From: Alphaproteobacteria bacterium
GTDB taxonomy: Bacteria > Pseudomonadota > Alphaproteobacteria > Bin95
NCBI GenBank assembly: GCA_963665325.3
Contig: CAXXWS020000004.1
Coordinates: forward strand, 96,001 to 160,000
DNA: 64,000 nucleotides
Direction: 5' to 3'
Shown here: piece by piece, positions 31,076 through 40,616 of the stretch
Layout: every line of letters starts with the position of its first letter
How positions within the stretch are numbered: the stretch's first letter is position 1
Notes under the pieces: model-generated
The model's input: only the letters and a program-made list of their open reading frames with translations
What the model was told of the DNA's origin: nothing
Databases searched by the model: none
Position numbers and translations under genes: made by a program

Positions 31076-31387
31076 TCAGACGAGTTCGCGATCGCCGGTA
31101 TTCCTGATGGTGCGTGTCGTTTCCGGCGGGACGGCAAGTGTCGTGCCCCTCTCGATCTCCTGCCACGGCCCGGCGCCGATCCGGGCCTCGCCCTCTCCGG
31201 CGAGCACGACGAAGACCTCGGTGGCCTGGTGCCGATGCGGTGGGATCGCTTCGCCGCCCTCAGGGAACACTTCCAGGCAGGCCACGACCCGTGCATCGCC
31301 GATGGTCAGATTCAGGAGAGGCGTGAAGCTGTTCGGGCTCTCATCCGGGCGGTAGGTCGGAAGGCCCTCCGGCGGCAACCTGAGCAT
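31076..31387 (-). CDS. Cupin-domain protein (possibly 3'-truncated)
   Basis: IPPHRH..TEVFVVLAGEG, VPP....IRNTG. Confidence 0.7.
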   Translation of the reverse strand: MLRLPPEGLPTYRPDESPNSFTPLLNLTIGDARVVACLEVFPEGGEAIPPHRHQATEVFVVLAGEGEARIGAGPWQEIERGTTLAVPPETTRTIRNTGDRELV

Positions 31388-31530
31388 TGGCTTTCTCCCC
31401 CGGCCGCTGATGTATGAGCCACTGCGGTCGGCCCTAACCGGGCCACCGGGATGACCGCCGCGTCTGCTCTCTGCTACGATCCTAGCATGGCGGTATCCAG
31501 ATCAAGCGCGCCGATCCGCAACGGGGAGAG

Positions 31531-32646
31531 ATGACCATGCACGCGATCCGCATCGACCGCAGCAAACCCTTGGCGGAGGAGCCGCACGTCGGCCACAACC
31601 GCTTCCATCCCGACATCCCTCCCGTGCTCGAGGTGGGCGAGGGGGAGGAGGTTTTCATGGAGACGCGTGACGCGCTCGACGGCCAGATCCGGCCCGATTC
31701 CACCGAGGCGGACTTCAACAGCCTCGACGCGGGCGCAGTGCACGCCCTGACAGGGCCGATCTACGTCAAGGGGGCCGCGCCCGGCGATGCCCTGGAGATC
31801 GAGTTCCTGGATATCGAGCCGCAGCCCATCGCCTTCAGCGCCATCCTCCCCGGCCTCGGCTTCCTGCGCGATGTCATGACCACGCCCTTCCTGGTGCACT
31901 GGCGGATCGCCGACGGCTGGGCGACCTCCGAACAAATCCCCGGCGTGCGCATTCCGGGCGCGCCTTTTATGGGCGTTTCGGGCGTTGCGCCCTCGCCCGA
32001 GGCGCTCGCCGCATGGACGGCGCGGGAGCAGCGGCTGCTCGACAAGGGCGGCCTCGTCTTCCCGCCGGACCCGGCGGGCGCGGTTCCCGGCGGGTCGTGC
32101 GGCCTGCACGGCTTGCGGACCCTGCCGCCGCGCGAGAACGGCGGCAACTTCGACGTCAAGCAACTGACCAGGGGCTCGAAACTGGTGCTGCCGGTGTTTG
32201 CCGAAGGCGCCCTCTTCTCGACCGGCGACGGCCACTTCGCGCAGGGCGACGGAGAGGTCTGCGTGACCGCGGTTGAGATGGGCGCCTCGCTTGCGGTGCG
32301 CTTCAAGCTGCACAAGGGCCTCGCGGCGTCGCGCAGGTTCCAGGCGCCGGTGTTCTCGCAAGAGCAGTACTTCGCGCCGCCGGAAATCGCCGTTCCGCAA
32401 CGCTTTCTCGGGGTCATGGGCATGCCGATCACCGAGGACGGAGAGAACGAGGGCGAGAACCTGACGCTGGCCTGCCGCAACGCTGTCCTGAACATGATCG
32501 AACTGCTGCAGGAACGCGGATACAGCCGCGAGCAGGCCTACGTGATCTGCAGCGTCGCCGTCGACCTCCGGGTCAGCAACGTCGTCGATGCGCCGAACTT
32601 CGTGATCTCGGCGCTCTTGCCCGAGATGATCTTCGACGGCGATTGA
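31531..32646 (+). CDS. Acetamidase/formamidase
   Basis: HNRFHPDIPP, HALTGPIYV.GA.PGD, PPRENGGNFD, GDGHFAQGDGEVC.TAVE, EQAY.ICSVAVD. Confidence 0.93.
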   Translation: MTMHAIRIDRSKPLAEEPHVGHNRFHPDIPPVLEVGEGEEVFMETRDALDGQIRPDSTEADFNSLDAGAVHALTGPIYVKGAAPGDALEIEFLDIEPQPIAFSAILPGLGFLRDVMTTPFLVHWRIADGWATSEQIPGVRIPGAPFMGVSGVAPSPEALAAWTAREQRLLDKGGLVFPPDPAGAVPGGSCGLHGLRTLPPRENGGNFDVKQLTRGSKLVLPVFAEGALFSTGDGHFAQGDGEVCVTAVEMGASLAVRFKLHKGLAASRRFQAPVFSQEQYFAPPEIAVPQRFLGVMGMPITEDGENEGENLTLACRNAVLNMIELLQERGYSREQAYVICSVAVDLRVSNVVDAPNFVISALLPEMIFDGD

Positions 32647-33068
32647 GCGCGCCACGGTCCCGCGGCCCCGCGGGTCATCGCGTGCGTCATGACATGCGGC
32701 TCTTCGAGGATGCCCTCTTCGGCGACGAAGAGGTCCTGTTCGAAGATCCCGCGCCGCGGGCGCTCTACGTCTCGGCCGGCACTATCTCCGTGAATGGAGA
32801 GGATGTTCCCCTGGATGGAGGAGTCGTCCTGACGGAGGCGGCGACAGTGCGCGCCGGCGCTGGCGGCGCCACGCTCTGGCGCTGGGAGGTCGGGTCTGCC
32901 GGTGCCGACGCTACCGGATGCGGTCATCGGACGACCCATCGCCTTGCCGGCCGCATCGATCCGGCCGCGATCGCCGACGAACTCCTGATCCAGCTCGACA
33001 GCGTCGCCTTCCCGACGGGGGGAAGGGCTCTTCTGCACACGCACCAGGGTCCCGGTGACTTGAACTGA
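32643..33068 (+). pseudogene. Cupin-like hypothetical protein, apparently truncated after HTHQGPG
   Basis: LDSVAFP.GG.A.LHTHQGPG cupin motif 1 followed almost at once by a stop. Confidence 0.5.
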
Positions 33069-33080
33069 AACTGTCGCACA

Positions 33081-33383
33081 TCAGGCACGCCGGAATTCGA
33101 GATAAGCGACAACTGCATCCTTGATGGAAGCCGTTCCAGTAACTGGATTCGCCCCGCGACGGAAGGAAATCCGGTGGCGCGGTTCCCCAGAAGGCGAGCA
33201 ACATAGAACTTCCACCAAAGGTTCAATGCGACCGTGGTCGAACAGTTCATCCAAATCGCCGTAATAGCGTTCAACCCGCCGGCACCTGCTGATTTTGTCT
33301 CGTATCGCCGGATCGCCGATCCGACGGGTCCTTTTCAGCCAAAGACGGAATGCGCTTTCCGTAGCCTCTTTCAACAGCTTCAA
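33081..33383 (-). CDS. Hypothetical protein, possibly a fragment
   Basis: 100-codon frame in a lower-GC patch; no family recognised. Confidence 0.4.
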   Translation of the reverse strand: MKLLKEATESAFRLWLKRTRRIGDPAIRDKISRCRRVERYYGDLDELFDHGRIEPLVEVLCCSPSGEPRHRISFRRGANPVTGTASIKDAVVAYLEFRRA

Positions 33384-33397
33384 TCCGGCCGGTGCTT

Positions 33398-33601
33398 TCA
33401 GTTGACCGACACGGGCCGCAGCGCCGCGCGGGCCAGTTCCTCCGGCGTTGGTAGCGTCCCGTCGGGTCGCGTCATGTCCATCGGCTCCTCCAGCTCGGCC
33501 TTGCTCGGCTGATACTCCGAGCGCGCCAGATTCACCGGGACCGGTTCCGGCATCTGCCGCTCCACAGGGTGGTCTCTTGGTAGCTTCGGCTTGTCTATCA
33601 T
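33398..33601 (-). CDS. Small hypothetical protein (YQPSKAELEE...TPEELARA)
   Basis: RBS GGAGG before ATG 33601; resembles small mobile-element-associated ORFs. Confidence 0.5.
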   Translation of the reverse strand: MIDKPKLPRDHPVERQMPEPVPVNLARSEYQPSKAELEEPMDMTRPDGTLPTPEELARAALRPVSVN

Positions 33602-33918
33602 CGCTTCCTCCATTTTAGGGCCATAATGAGCGGACCGTCTCTGCCAAAATGGCACGGCTGGCGATGCGCTTGCATGCGCCATGCTAGTCCTTTAATAGAA
33701 TGATTTCAATATGATAGTCTGGGAGGGTGTCAACAGCGATATCGAATGTGCCACAAAATGCCGAGCGTCTCTCGGCGGTGGGCGCGGTCTCTCCCGGCTG
33801 AACGACATAACCCTCGGTGCAACCCAGCAAGCCGACATTGTGGGCAATTGAAAGGGGATTATGTAGGAAAGTGCCGAAGGCCGCTTACCGTGGCCGATCG
33901 CAAACGAGGAGCACCGAT

Positions 33919-34275
33919 ATGCCCGTCAGCACCCGCTACGTCTTCATCGCAAGCATGGATGTGAACCCGGAGAAGGAGGATCTGTTCAACGAAGTCTACG
34001 ACACCGAGCATGTGCCCTACCTGCTGGAGGTGCCGGGTGTGATAGCGGTCACGCGCCTGAAGGCACTGGACTTCGAGGTGTCGATGGGCGGCGAGCTCAA
34101 GTCCGTTGCACGCGGCGAGACCCCGACATGGCACGCCATCTACGAGATCGAAAGCCCCGACGTCATGAAGAGCGCGGCGTGGGCGGAGGCGGTCGAGCGC
34201 GGGCGCTGGCCCGGCGAGGTGCGCCCGCACACCCGCAACCGGCGCCATTCGCTCCAGCGGGTGATGGGGGCGTAG
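33919..34275 (+). CDS. EthD/DUF4286-like dimeric alpha-beta barrel protein
   Basis: RBS GAGGAG, MDV.PEKE..FNEVYDTEHVP.L.EVPGV, AIYEIESP. Confidence 0.75.
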   Translation: MPVSTRYVFIASMDVNPEKEDLFNEVYDTEHVPYLLEVPGVIAVTRLKALDFEVSMGGELKSVARGETPTWHAIYEIESPDVMKSAAWAEAVERGRWPGEVRPHTRNRRHSLQRVMGA

Positions 34276-34289
34276 CAGCCCATGTACAG

Positions 34290-34500
34290 GATCCTCGACA
34301 GGTTCCGTGCAGACTCAGCAAGTCGCGTCTCTCTCAGACATTACGGAATACGATTGCAGAGCCGTCACGTCTGCGATGACGAAATGCTCACGATGGCTGC
34401 GGGGACACGATGACGCTCCGGCTGCGCGGACCGAAGTGCTCGAACCTGCGGAGCTAAGGCAGGACATCGAGAAGCTGAGTAACCCTCCGAGGAGGACGCT
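34290..34500 (+). pseudogene. Eroded C-terminal fragment resembling an AAA-family ATPase
   Basis: DITE.DC.AV..AMTKCS.WL.GHD.AP....P.EL.QDI; recognised from memory only. Confidence 0.4.
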
Positions 34501-34687
34501 GAACAGCGCCATAAGTAGCTGATCGCGTTGGATCCCGAAGGGTCAGGACCCGGCGCTTAACAACAGCGGCAATCCGGTAACGCGGGCCGACGTGGCCCGG
34601 GCGGCCGACGAGACGATCGGGTAGCGGCGCATATCGGGCCTGCCGGCCCTGCCGCATGCTTGGCCGGCGCATGGCGGCAGGTTATAT

Positions 34688-34702
34688 GTTTCTATAATGT
34701 TC
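34688..34702 (+). promoter_or_regulatory. Putative alphaproteobacterial LexA box (GTTC-N7-GTTC-like)
   Basis: GTTT-CTATAAT-GTTC, overlapping a TATAAT. Conserved as GTTT-CTGAAAT-GTTC at 26732-26746. Confidence 0.45.
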
Positions 34703-34722
34703 CACACTCTGCGAGATTCCAC

Positions 34723-34977
34723 ATGCACAGCGAAGACAGCCACCCGGCGCCGAGAGAGGAGGTTCTCTTCGATATCGAGATGGCGCTCAGCAAGGAAGAG
34801 AAGCTGTGGCCGAAGCGGTTCAGGCCCGGCGATCACGATCGCCTCAAGCCCATGGCGCGGGCGATCCTCGAGCATCTCGAACACTGCGGTCTGCAGTTCT
34901 TCCGCAAACCGCCCGCGCCGAGACACAGCACGCCGGATCCCTGGGGCGGCGCCGGAACAGGGAAGGAAAGCGGCTGA
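34723..34977 (+). CDS. Small hypothetical protein (84 aa)
   Basis: Paralogous fragment at 26768; ARAILEHLEHCGLQFFRKPP. Confidence 0.7.
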   Translation: MHSEDSHPAPREEVLFDIEMALSKEEKLWPKRFRPGDHDRLKPMARAILEHLEHCGLQFFRKPPAPRHSTPDPWGGAGTGKESG

Positions 34978-35095
34978 AGGGGGCGATTTCGCCCCTCCTG
35001 GAGCGAGCCGAGACCCAGGGCCTTGCCACCGGGATTGCCGAGGTGTCGCCGCGGGCGTCCAGGCGTTTCGGGAACCGCACCATCGTCGGGGGAGG

Positions 35096-35572
35096 TCAGC
35101 GCTCGAAGTGGTAGGCGATCTCGTCGAAGCGGTCGCGGGGAAAGGCGAACACGAACACGAGCGGCTCCGCTCCGGTGCAGCGCAGCGCGTGCCGGACGTC
35201 AGGCGGGATGTAGATCGCACAGCCGGGACCCACCGGCTGCGACCGGTCCCCGATGTCCACCTCGCCCCGGCCGCTGACGATGAAATAGATCTCGGCAGGC
35301 TCATGGCGGTGACCCGTTAGCTCCGCGCCCGGCGCCACCTCGGCAATCCCGGTGGCAAGGCCCCGGGTCTCCGTCCGCTCGCCGGCGATCAGCACCTTCC
35401 AACGAATCCCCTCTCCCGCGGCAAGGCTGGCGTCTTCGCCGCCTTCCCACTCGAGATCGGCCTGGTCGACAATCGCAGGTCTCGGAGCGAACAACGGAAA
35501 ACCCGTCGACCCGCCGCCGGGCCAGCGGACCTCTGGATCCGGTTCGTCATGCATGATCGCGTAAGCGTCCAT
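35096..35572 (-). CDS. Cupin protein, DddW (DMSP lyase)-like
   Basis: WK.LI.GERT.TRGLATGIAE..PG..L..HRH.PAEIYF...G.G, YIP....H, F..I.Y.F C-terminus. Confidence 0.75.
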   Translation of the reverse strand: MDAYAIMHDEPDPEVRWPGGGSTGFPLFAPRPAIVDQADLEWEGGEDASLAAGEGIRWKVLIAGERTETRGLATGIAEVAPGAELTGHRHEPAEIYFIVSGRGEVDIGDRSQPVGPGCAIYIPPDVRHALRCTGAEPLVFVFAFPRDRFDEIAYHFER

Positions 35573-35997
35573 GGGGATCAGGCCTCGGTTCGCGCCGGTG
35601 CGCCGTTGTCGGGACGAAGGGGCGGCACGACCCGGACATGACAGGCTGAAGGGCGACGGGAACCGACGAGCAGCGACATGACGATCCCATCTCCCGGAAC
35701 AGCCCGGCCGCCTGACATCGGCGCCGGTTTCCTGTGCCGCGAAGAGAATCCTCGCTGCCGGGGACCCACACTTGTCGCGATGCGACCGGCAAGAAACCCG
35801 AATGCGACCTTCAGACAAGAAAACGCCAACGGGAGCGGGAAGCCTACCTTGTCGGGCTATGCCGCCCGCCCTGTTTCGGTCAGGCGGATGTCTAACGTCA
35901 GCGCCTATAGGACAAGCTGAGGCATTTCGAAAGGCATTCGGTTCCCGTGCCATCGACTTCGCCCTGCTGACGGGAGCCGAGAGGCTTCTGTATGAGG

Positions 35998-36032
35998 TGT
36001 CAACGGCGGAGCAAAACTGTACCGGCGCGGCG
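35998..36032. mobile_element. Solo IS21 right-end remnant
   Basis: TGTCAACGGCGGAGCAAAACTGTACCGGCG, near-identical to the IRR ending at 9088. Confidence 0.85.
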
Positions 36033-36200
36033 TCTCGGACGTGCCTGGGCTCTGCTTCCCAGGGTTGCCGTGGCTATCGAATCGATCTTCTTCCTTCATT
36101 CGGGGCGTCTGGCACGATACCAGATACTTGGCGGAGCACATCGCCAGGCGACAGCAATCTCGGGCCGCTTGACCACGCGAACGCTCGAACGCATAGACGA
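36033..36200 (+). pseudogene. 3' remnant of a flavin-containing monooxygenase
   Basis: SDVPGLCFPGLPWLSNRSSSFIRGVWHD.RYLAEHIA. Fits the recurrent FMO-RidA-DUF1028 gene order. Confidence 0.65.
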
Positions 36201-36235
36201 CGGTCAGGCGCTATCAGACGGGATCGAAAACACCA

Positions 36236-36649
36236 ATGGCTCATGAGCGAATCCGAAAATTCAATACGGCGGACACCTACCCGGAGCAGAACCTCGACAA
36301 CGATCTCTGTCAGGCCGTTGTCGCTCGAGGGAGCATGGTCTTCCTGCGCGGCCAATGTCCGCAGAGTCTCGAGGACGGTGCGAGCATCGACAGCCATGAT
36401 CCGGTGGAGCAAACGCACCAGGTCATGCGGAATATAGGGCAGTTGATCGAGGAGGCCGGCGGCTCGATGGAACATCTGGTCAAGATCGTCGTCTATCTGA
36501 CCGACATTCGTCACCGCGAGCCGGTCTATCGGACCATGGGCCTGTACATCAAGGGTGTTTATCCGGTGTCCACCGGGCTCGTGGTCCAGGCGCTGGCGCG
36601 GCCCGAATGGCTTGTCGAAATCGACGCCACCGCCGTTATTCCGGACTGA
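36236..36649 (+). CDS. RidA/YjgF family protein
   Basis: VFLRGQ, Q..QVM.NI..L, VK..VYLTD, STG.VV.ALARPEWLVEID. Confidence 0.92.
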   Translation: MAHERIRKFNTADTYPEQNLDNDLCQAVVARGSMVFLRGQCPQSLEDGASIDSHDPVEQTHQVMRNIGQLIEEAGGSMEHLVKIVVYLTDIRHREPVYRTMGLYIKGVYPVSTGLVVQALARPEWLVEIDATAVIPD

Positions 36650-36660
36650 GGAGGAGATTC

Positions 36661-36996
36661 ATGGTGAGGTTGCGCAGCGAACAGATTGCGCAGTATCGCC
36701 GGGACGGCGTTCCGGTGGTCGAGGACGCTACCTCCTCCGATGGCAGCCCCCGGTTTGTCCTTCGACCGCCATCAAGCACCCGGCCTGCCTCGCCGCGAGC
36801 CCTCTTCATCTCTGTTTACGGCGCAGGCGACGCTGTGCCCTGCTCAACCCGCCCGTTACCGGGCATGCATGAGGACCGGTTTGAGCGCGGCGGCAACCCC
36901 CATCGGGTCCGCGCCGAGGATTATGAGATCGAAGTGCCGGAGTTCCCGAAGACCCCGTTCTTCACTCAACAGTCGGAACAGGAGCGCCTCGCGTGA
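36661..36996 (+). pseudogene. Phytanoyl-CoA dioxygenase (PhyH) family remnant with the centre deleted
   Basis: L.SEQIAQYRRDG...VE N-terminus joined to an SPRALFISVY.A.DA.P C-terminus; iron-binding core absent. Confidence 0.6.
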
Positions 36997-37667
36997 CATT
37001 CTCCATTGCTGCCCGCTGCGCCGACACAGGCATGTTCGGCGTTGCCGTCTCATCATCCTCCCCGGCGGTCGCCGCCCGCTGTGCCTACGTGCGCAATGGA
37101 GTCGGCGCAGCACTTAGCCAGAACGTCACGGACCCACGCTTGGGCGACCGGATCCTTGACCTGATGGCGCTAGGCGCGAGTGCCGCGAATGCAGTCAAGG
37201 TAGTGTCCGAGACAAGCCCGGACATTCAGTATCGACAATTGCTCGCGGTTGACGGCGCTGGCCGGGCGGCGGTTTTCTCCGGCTCGAACGCACTTGGAAG
37301 CGTGGGGGAGGCATCGGGACCGGATGTCGCGAGCGGCGGTAATCTGCTGGCGGTCGACACGATTCCACGAACCATCGTCGAGGCGTTTCTCGCGAGCAGG
37401 GGACACCTTGCCGATCGCCTGCTTGCCGCCATGCAAGCCGCGGTCGATGCCGGGGGCGAAGCAGGCCCTATCCACTCCGCCGGCATGAAGCTCGCGGGCG
37501 ACGTCACCTGGCCGATCGTCGATCTACGAGTGGATTGGACCGAAGGCTGTCCGATCCGGGAACTCGCGCATGTCTGGAAGGTCTACGCCCCGCAACTTGA
37601 CGACTACGTGACCCGTGCTCTCGACCCCTCCAAGGCCCCCAGCTACGGCGTGCCCGGCAACCGATAG
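36993..37667 (+). CDS. DUF1028 (Ntn-hydrolase-like) protein
   Basis: TFSIAARC..TG.FGVAVSSSSPAV, GGNLL, AGGEAGP.HSA, DLRVDW. Confidence 0.9.
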   Translation: MTFSIAARCADTGMFGVAVSSSSPAVAARCAYVRNGVGAALSQNVTDPRLGDRILDLMALGASAANAVKVVSETSPDIQYRQLLAVDGAGRAAVFSGSNALGSVGEASGPDVASGGNLLAVDTIPRTIVEAFLASRGHLADRLLAAMQAAVDAGGEAGPIHSAGMKLAGDVTWPIVDLRVDWTEGCPIRELAHVWKVYAPQLDDYVTRALDPSKAPSYGVPGNR

Positions 37668-37822
37668 ACCGACCTTGACAGCTTTTCTGCAACCGCGATC
37701 TTGGCCCATCGGCAATTCGAATATTTCGTGGCCGTGTGTGACGCCGGAAGCACTGCTCCGTCCTCGCCCTCAATATCTTCGAGGGGGTACAGGAGGTCAG
37801 AGCCCAATTGACGGCGATCGCC

Positions 37823-39466
37823 TCATTCCCCGGCGCGCTCGATCAGGTGATAGTGGCCGATCCCGGAGGAAGTCACGCCCGGAAACTGCCAGCCAGAAAC
37901 CACCTCCGGATTCACGGCGACCTGGGTGAACACCTGGAACAGAGGGATGTCGTTGTATTGCTCAAAGAGATAGTTGAAGACCTGGCGGGCAACCCGGTCC
38001 CGCTCTTCACCGTTGAATGAGCCGAGCATCTCGCTCACTCGTGCGCTGGTCCAGTCGTCCTCCCATCCCTGGTAGGGGCCGCCGGGATTCGAATAGAACG
38101 CGCGGAATGCGACCTCTGTCGGCCGCGGCGGCGCATTGCGGATAGGGTTGAGATAATACAGTTCCCGGGCCCGGCCCAGGGCGCCGACTCGGGCGTGTTC
38201 GATCTCCACGATCTCGGCCTTGAACCCAACTGCGGTCAGGTACTGGTGCACCAATTCCATCTGTACCGGGATTTCCGGCTGTCCGCCGACCGCCGTCAAG
38301 ATGAGGGGAATCGTGGGATCCTCGAATGCATCCGGATAGCCGGCATGCCACATCAACTGCTTGGCCAGCTCCGGATCGTAGCCGTACTCGGCGTCGAACC
38401 GCTCCACGAGCATCGGATCGAAGCCCTCGTGGCGCTCGACCATAGCGAAGCGCGGCAGAAGGTCGGCGCCGCCGCCGGGGAAGAGGACTTCCAGCATCTC
38501 CTCGCGATTGATGGCGCGGTTTATCGCCTCGCGTATCCGAACGTCGAACCACGGCACGTCCCTGCGGCACGCCGGGTCGTCGGATTCGCAATACAGGCCG
38601 TTGAATACGATGTCCGTCTGCATCGTCGCCCGAGCGGACTGCACCGTACTCATCCCCGCACCTGTCGCATCGGGAATCAGCTCGCGCGGCAGGTCGGCGA
38701 GATGCGCCTCGCCGGCCAGCAGCATCGCCAGCTTTGTGGCCGCCTCGTCCACGAACCGCAACTCCAACTCCGCGAAATCCGGAGTCAATCCCGAATAGTG
38801 ATTCTCGACGCGCTCATAGAGGATACGGCCAGGCGAACGGGAAACGAGCCGGTAGTGGCCCGTTCCTGCGAACCGCTTGTCGTAGCCTTCGAGGCCCTCC
38901 TCGTCGAACTGCTTCTTGCTGTAGATCTTCATGACGGTGCGGCCGCCGTGAAGAAACAGCTTCTCGACGCGCGGGCTGTCATAGACGAAACGCACCGTGT
39001 GGTCGTCCAGTGCCTCGACCTTGGCGCCGCGCAGCTGCGCCACGCCGGGCACAACAGCGTCTTCTCCGGTGTGCAGCGCGTAGCTGTGCACCACGTCAGC
39101 GGCCGTGAACTCACCGTAGCCGAAATGAAACTGCACGCCTTCCCTCAGCTTGAAGGTCCACTCCGTGAAATTCGGGCTGTGTTCCCACGAGACGGCCAAT
39201 CCGTCGCCGGTGTATGCGCCGGTTACCGGGTCTTGGGCTACGAGGCCCTCCAGCGACGGGTCGAGCGCATGCCAACTCAAGGAGGCCGACCAGAACCGGT
39301 TGGACTCGGAGCCGGGCGAGATCAGCGCGGCGACTACGCGCTCGGCTGCCGCCACCGCCGAAACCGGTCCGGCGACGAATGCGAGCATCAGTACAACAGC
39401 AAGAGGGGACGCCGGCCGGGCAAGCAATTTCCATGCGGTTCCGAATGAGCAATCATGTGCTCTCAT
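37823..39466 (-). CDS. Peptide/nickel ABC substrate-binding protein (family 5)
   Basis: LAVSWE, WTFKLREGVQFH, FTAADV, GTG.Y, DVRIREAIN.AINR, YDPELAKQL. Confidence 0.92.
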   Translation of the reverse strand: MRAHDCSFGTAWKLLARPASPLAVVLMLAFVAGPVSAVAAAERVVAALISPGSESNRFWSASLSWHALDPSLEGLVAQDPVTGAYTGDGLAVSWEHSPNFTEWTFKLREGVQFHFGYGEFTAADVVHSYALHTGEDAVVPGVAQLRGAKVEALDDHTVRFVYDSPRVEKLFLHGGRTVMKIYSKKQFDEEGLEGYDKRFAGTGHYRLVSRSPGRILYERVENHYSGLTPDFAELELRFVDEAATKLAMLLAGEAHLADLPRELIPDATGAGMSTVQSARATMQTDIVFNGLYCESDDPACRRDVPWFDVRIREAINRAINREEMLEVLFPGGGADLLPRFAMVERHEGFDPMLVERFDAEYGYDPELAKQLMWHAGYPDAFEDPTIPLILTAVGGQPEIPVQMELVHQYLTAVGFKAEIVEIEHARVGALGRARELYYLNPIRNAPPRPTEVAFRAFYSNPGGPYQGWEDDWTSARVSEMLGSFNGEERDRVARQVFNYLFEQYNDIPLFQVFTQVAVNPEVVSGWQFPGVTSSGIGHYHLIERAGE

Positions 39467-39650
39467 GGCCTCTTCTCCCCTTGAACGTCGCCTCGATGAA
39501 AGTCGCCCCGTTGGCTTTAACTCATCGTTGGCTTCTAACATGGCGGCCGGACCGCGGCAATTGAGCCTCGCACGATGCTCGGCGGTCGCAGCGGCACCGA
39601 TGATCGAGGACGCGGCGCGCCGGTTGGAGTATCCGATCCGGCACCGCGCG

Positions 39651-40616
39651 CTAATACAGATGACAAGCCACCCAGTGGTCTTTCACCTGCGGCACGGGCT
39701 TGAGTTCCGGCGTCACCTCGGCGCAGACCCGGCCGACCTTGAACGGGCAGCGGGGATGAAAGCTGCACCCCGAGGGTGGATCGATGGGTGAAGGGACTTC
39801 GCCCGACAGGATGATCTCCTCGCGTGCGAGGTCCGGATGGCCGGGAAGAGCGGCGGAAAAGAGCGCCTTGGTGTACGGATTCCGAGGCTCCCGGAAGAGC
39901 GACTCCTTTTCCGCATACTCAACGATCCGCCCGAGATACATCACCGCCAGCCAATCCGCCATGTAGCGTGTTGTGCCGAGGTCGTGGGCCACGAGCAGGT
40001 ACGACATTCCATATTGTTTCTGCAGGTCCTTCAGCAGATTCAAGATCTGCGAACGGATGGATACATCCAGCGCGGAGACAGGCTCGTCCAGTATCAACAG
40101 GCTCGGCTCGGAAACGAGGGCGCTCGCGATTGCAATGCGTTGACGTTGGCCGCCGCTGAACTCGTGGGGGAAGTTGCGGGCCTGTTCCGGCTGCAAACCC
40201 ACATCGACGAGTCCCTTCGCGACGCGCTCGTCGATCTCCCGGCTGGACCATCGCTCGTTCACGACCAGCGTCTCGGCAATGATGTCGCGCACTCGCATCC
40301 GCGGATTCAGCGAGCTCCAGGGATCCTGGAACACCGCCTGCACGCGGGTTCGGAAGCGTTTGAGCGCGGCGCCTTCGAGCCCGTGGACGTCTTCGCCCTC
40401 CACCAGGACGCGTCCTTCGGTCGGGGTCTCGAGTCTGAGCACCAGGCGTGCGGTGGTGGTCTTGCCGCATCCCGACTCTCCGACCAAGGCGAGTGTTTCC
40501 CCGGTTGCGCATGAGAGGTCGACTCCGTCCACCGCATGCACCCGGCCCAACTTCTTCGAGAACAGCAGTCCTCTCGTCACCGGGAAGTGCTTCTTCAGGC
40601 CTTCGGTCTTCAGCAT
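39651..40616 (-). CDS. Oligopeptide ABC ATP-binding protein (OppF type)
   Basis: GESGCGKTT, FSGGQRQRI, DEPVSALD, C.FHPRC. Confidence 0.95.
   Translation of the reverse strand: MLKTEGLKKHFPVTRGLLFSKKLGRVHAVDGVDLSCATGETLALVGESGCGKTTTARLVLRLETPTEGRVLVEGEDVHGLEGAALKRFRTRVQAVFQDPWSSLNPRMRVRDIIAETLVVNERWSSREIDERVAKGLVDVGLQPEQARNFPHEFSGGQRQRIAIASALVSEPSLLILDEPVSALDVSIRSQILNLLKDLQKQYGMSYLLVAHDLGTTRYMADWLAVMYLGRIVEYAEKESLFREPRNPYTKALFSAALPGHPDLAREEIILSGEVPSPIDPPSGCSFHPRCPFKVGRVCAEVTPELKPVPQVKDHWVACHLY

Noticed and set aside
33854-33866. GGGGATTAT as an IS1595 terminal repeat
   Set aside because: No partner end or transposase found; the match is too short.
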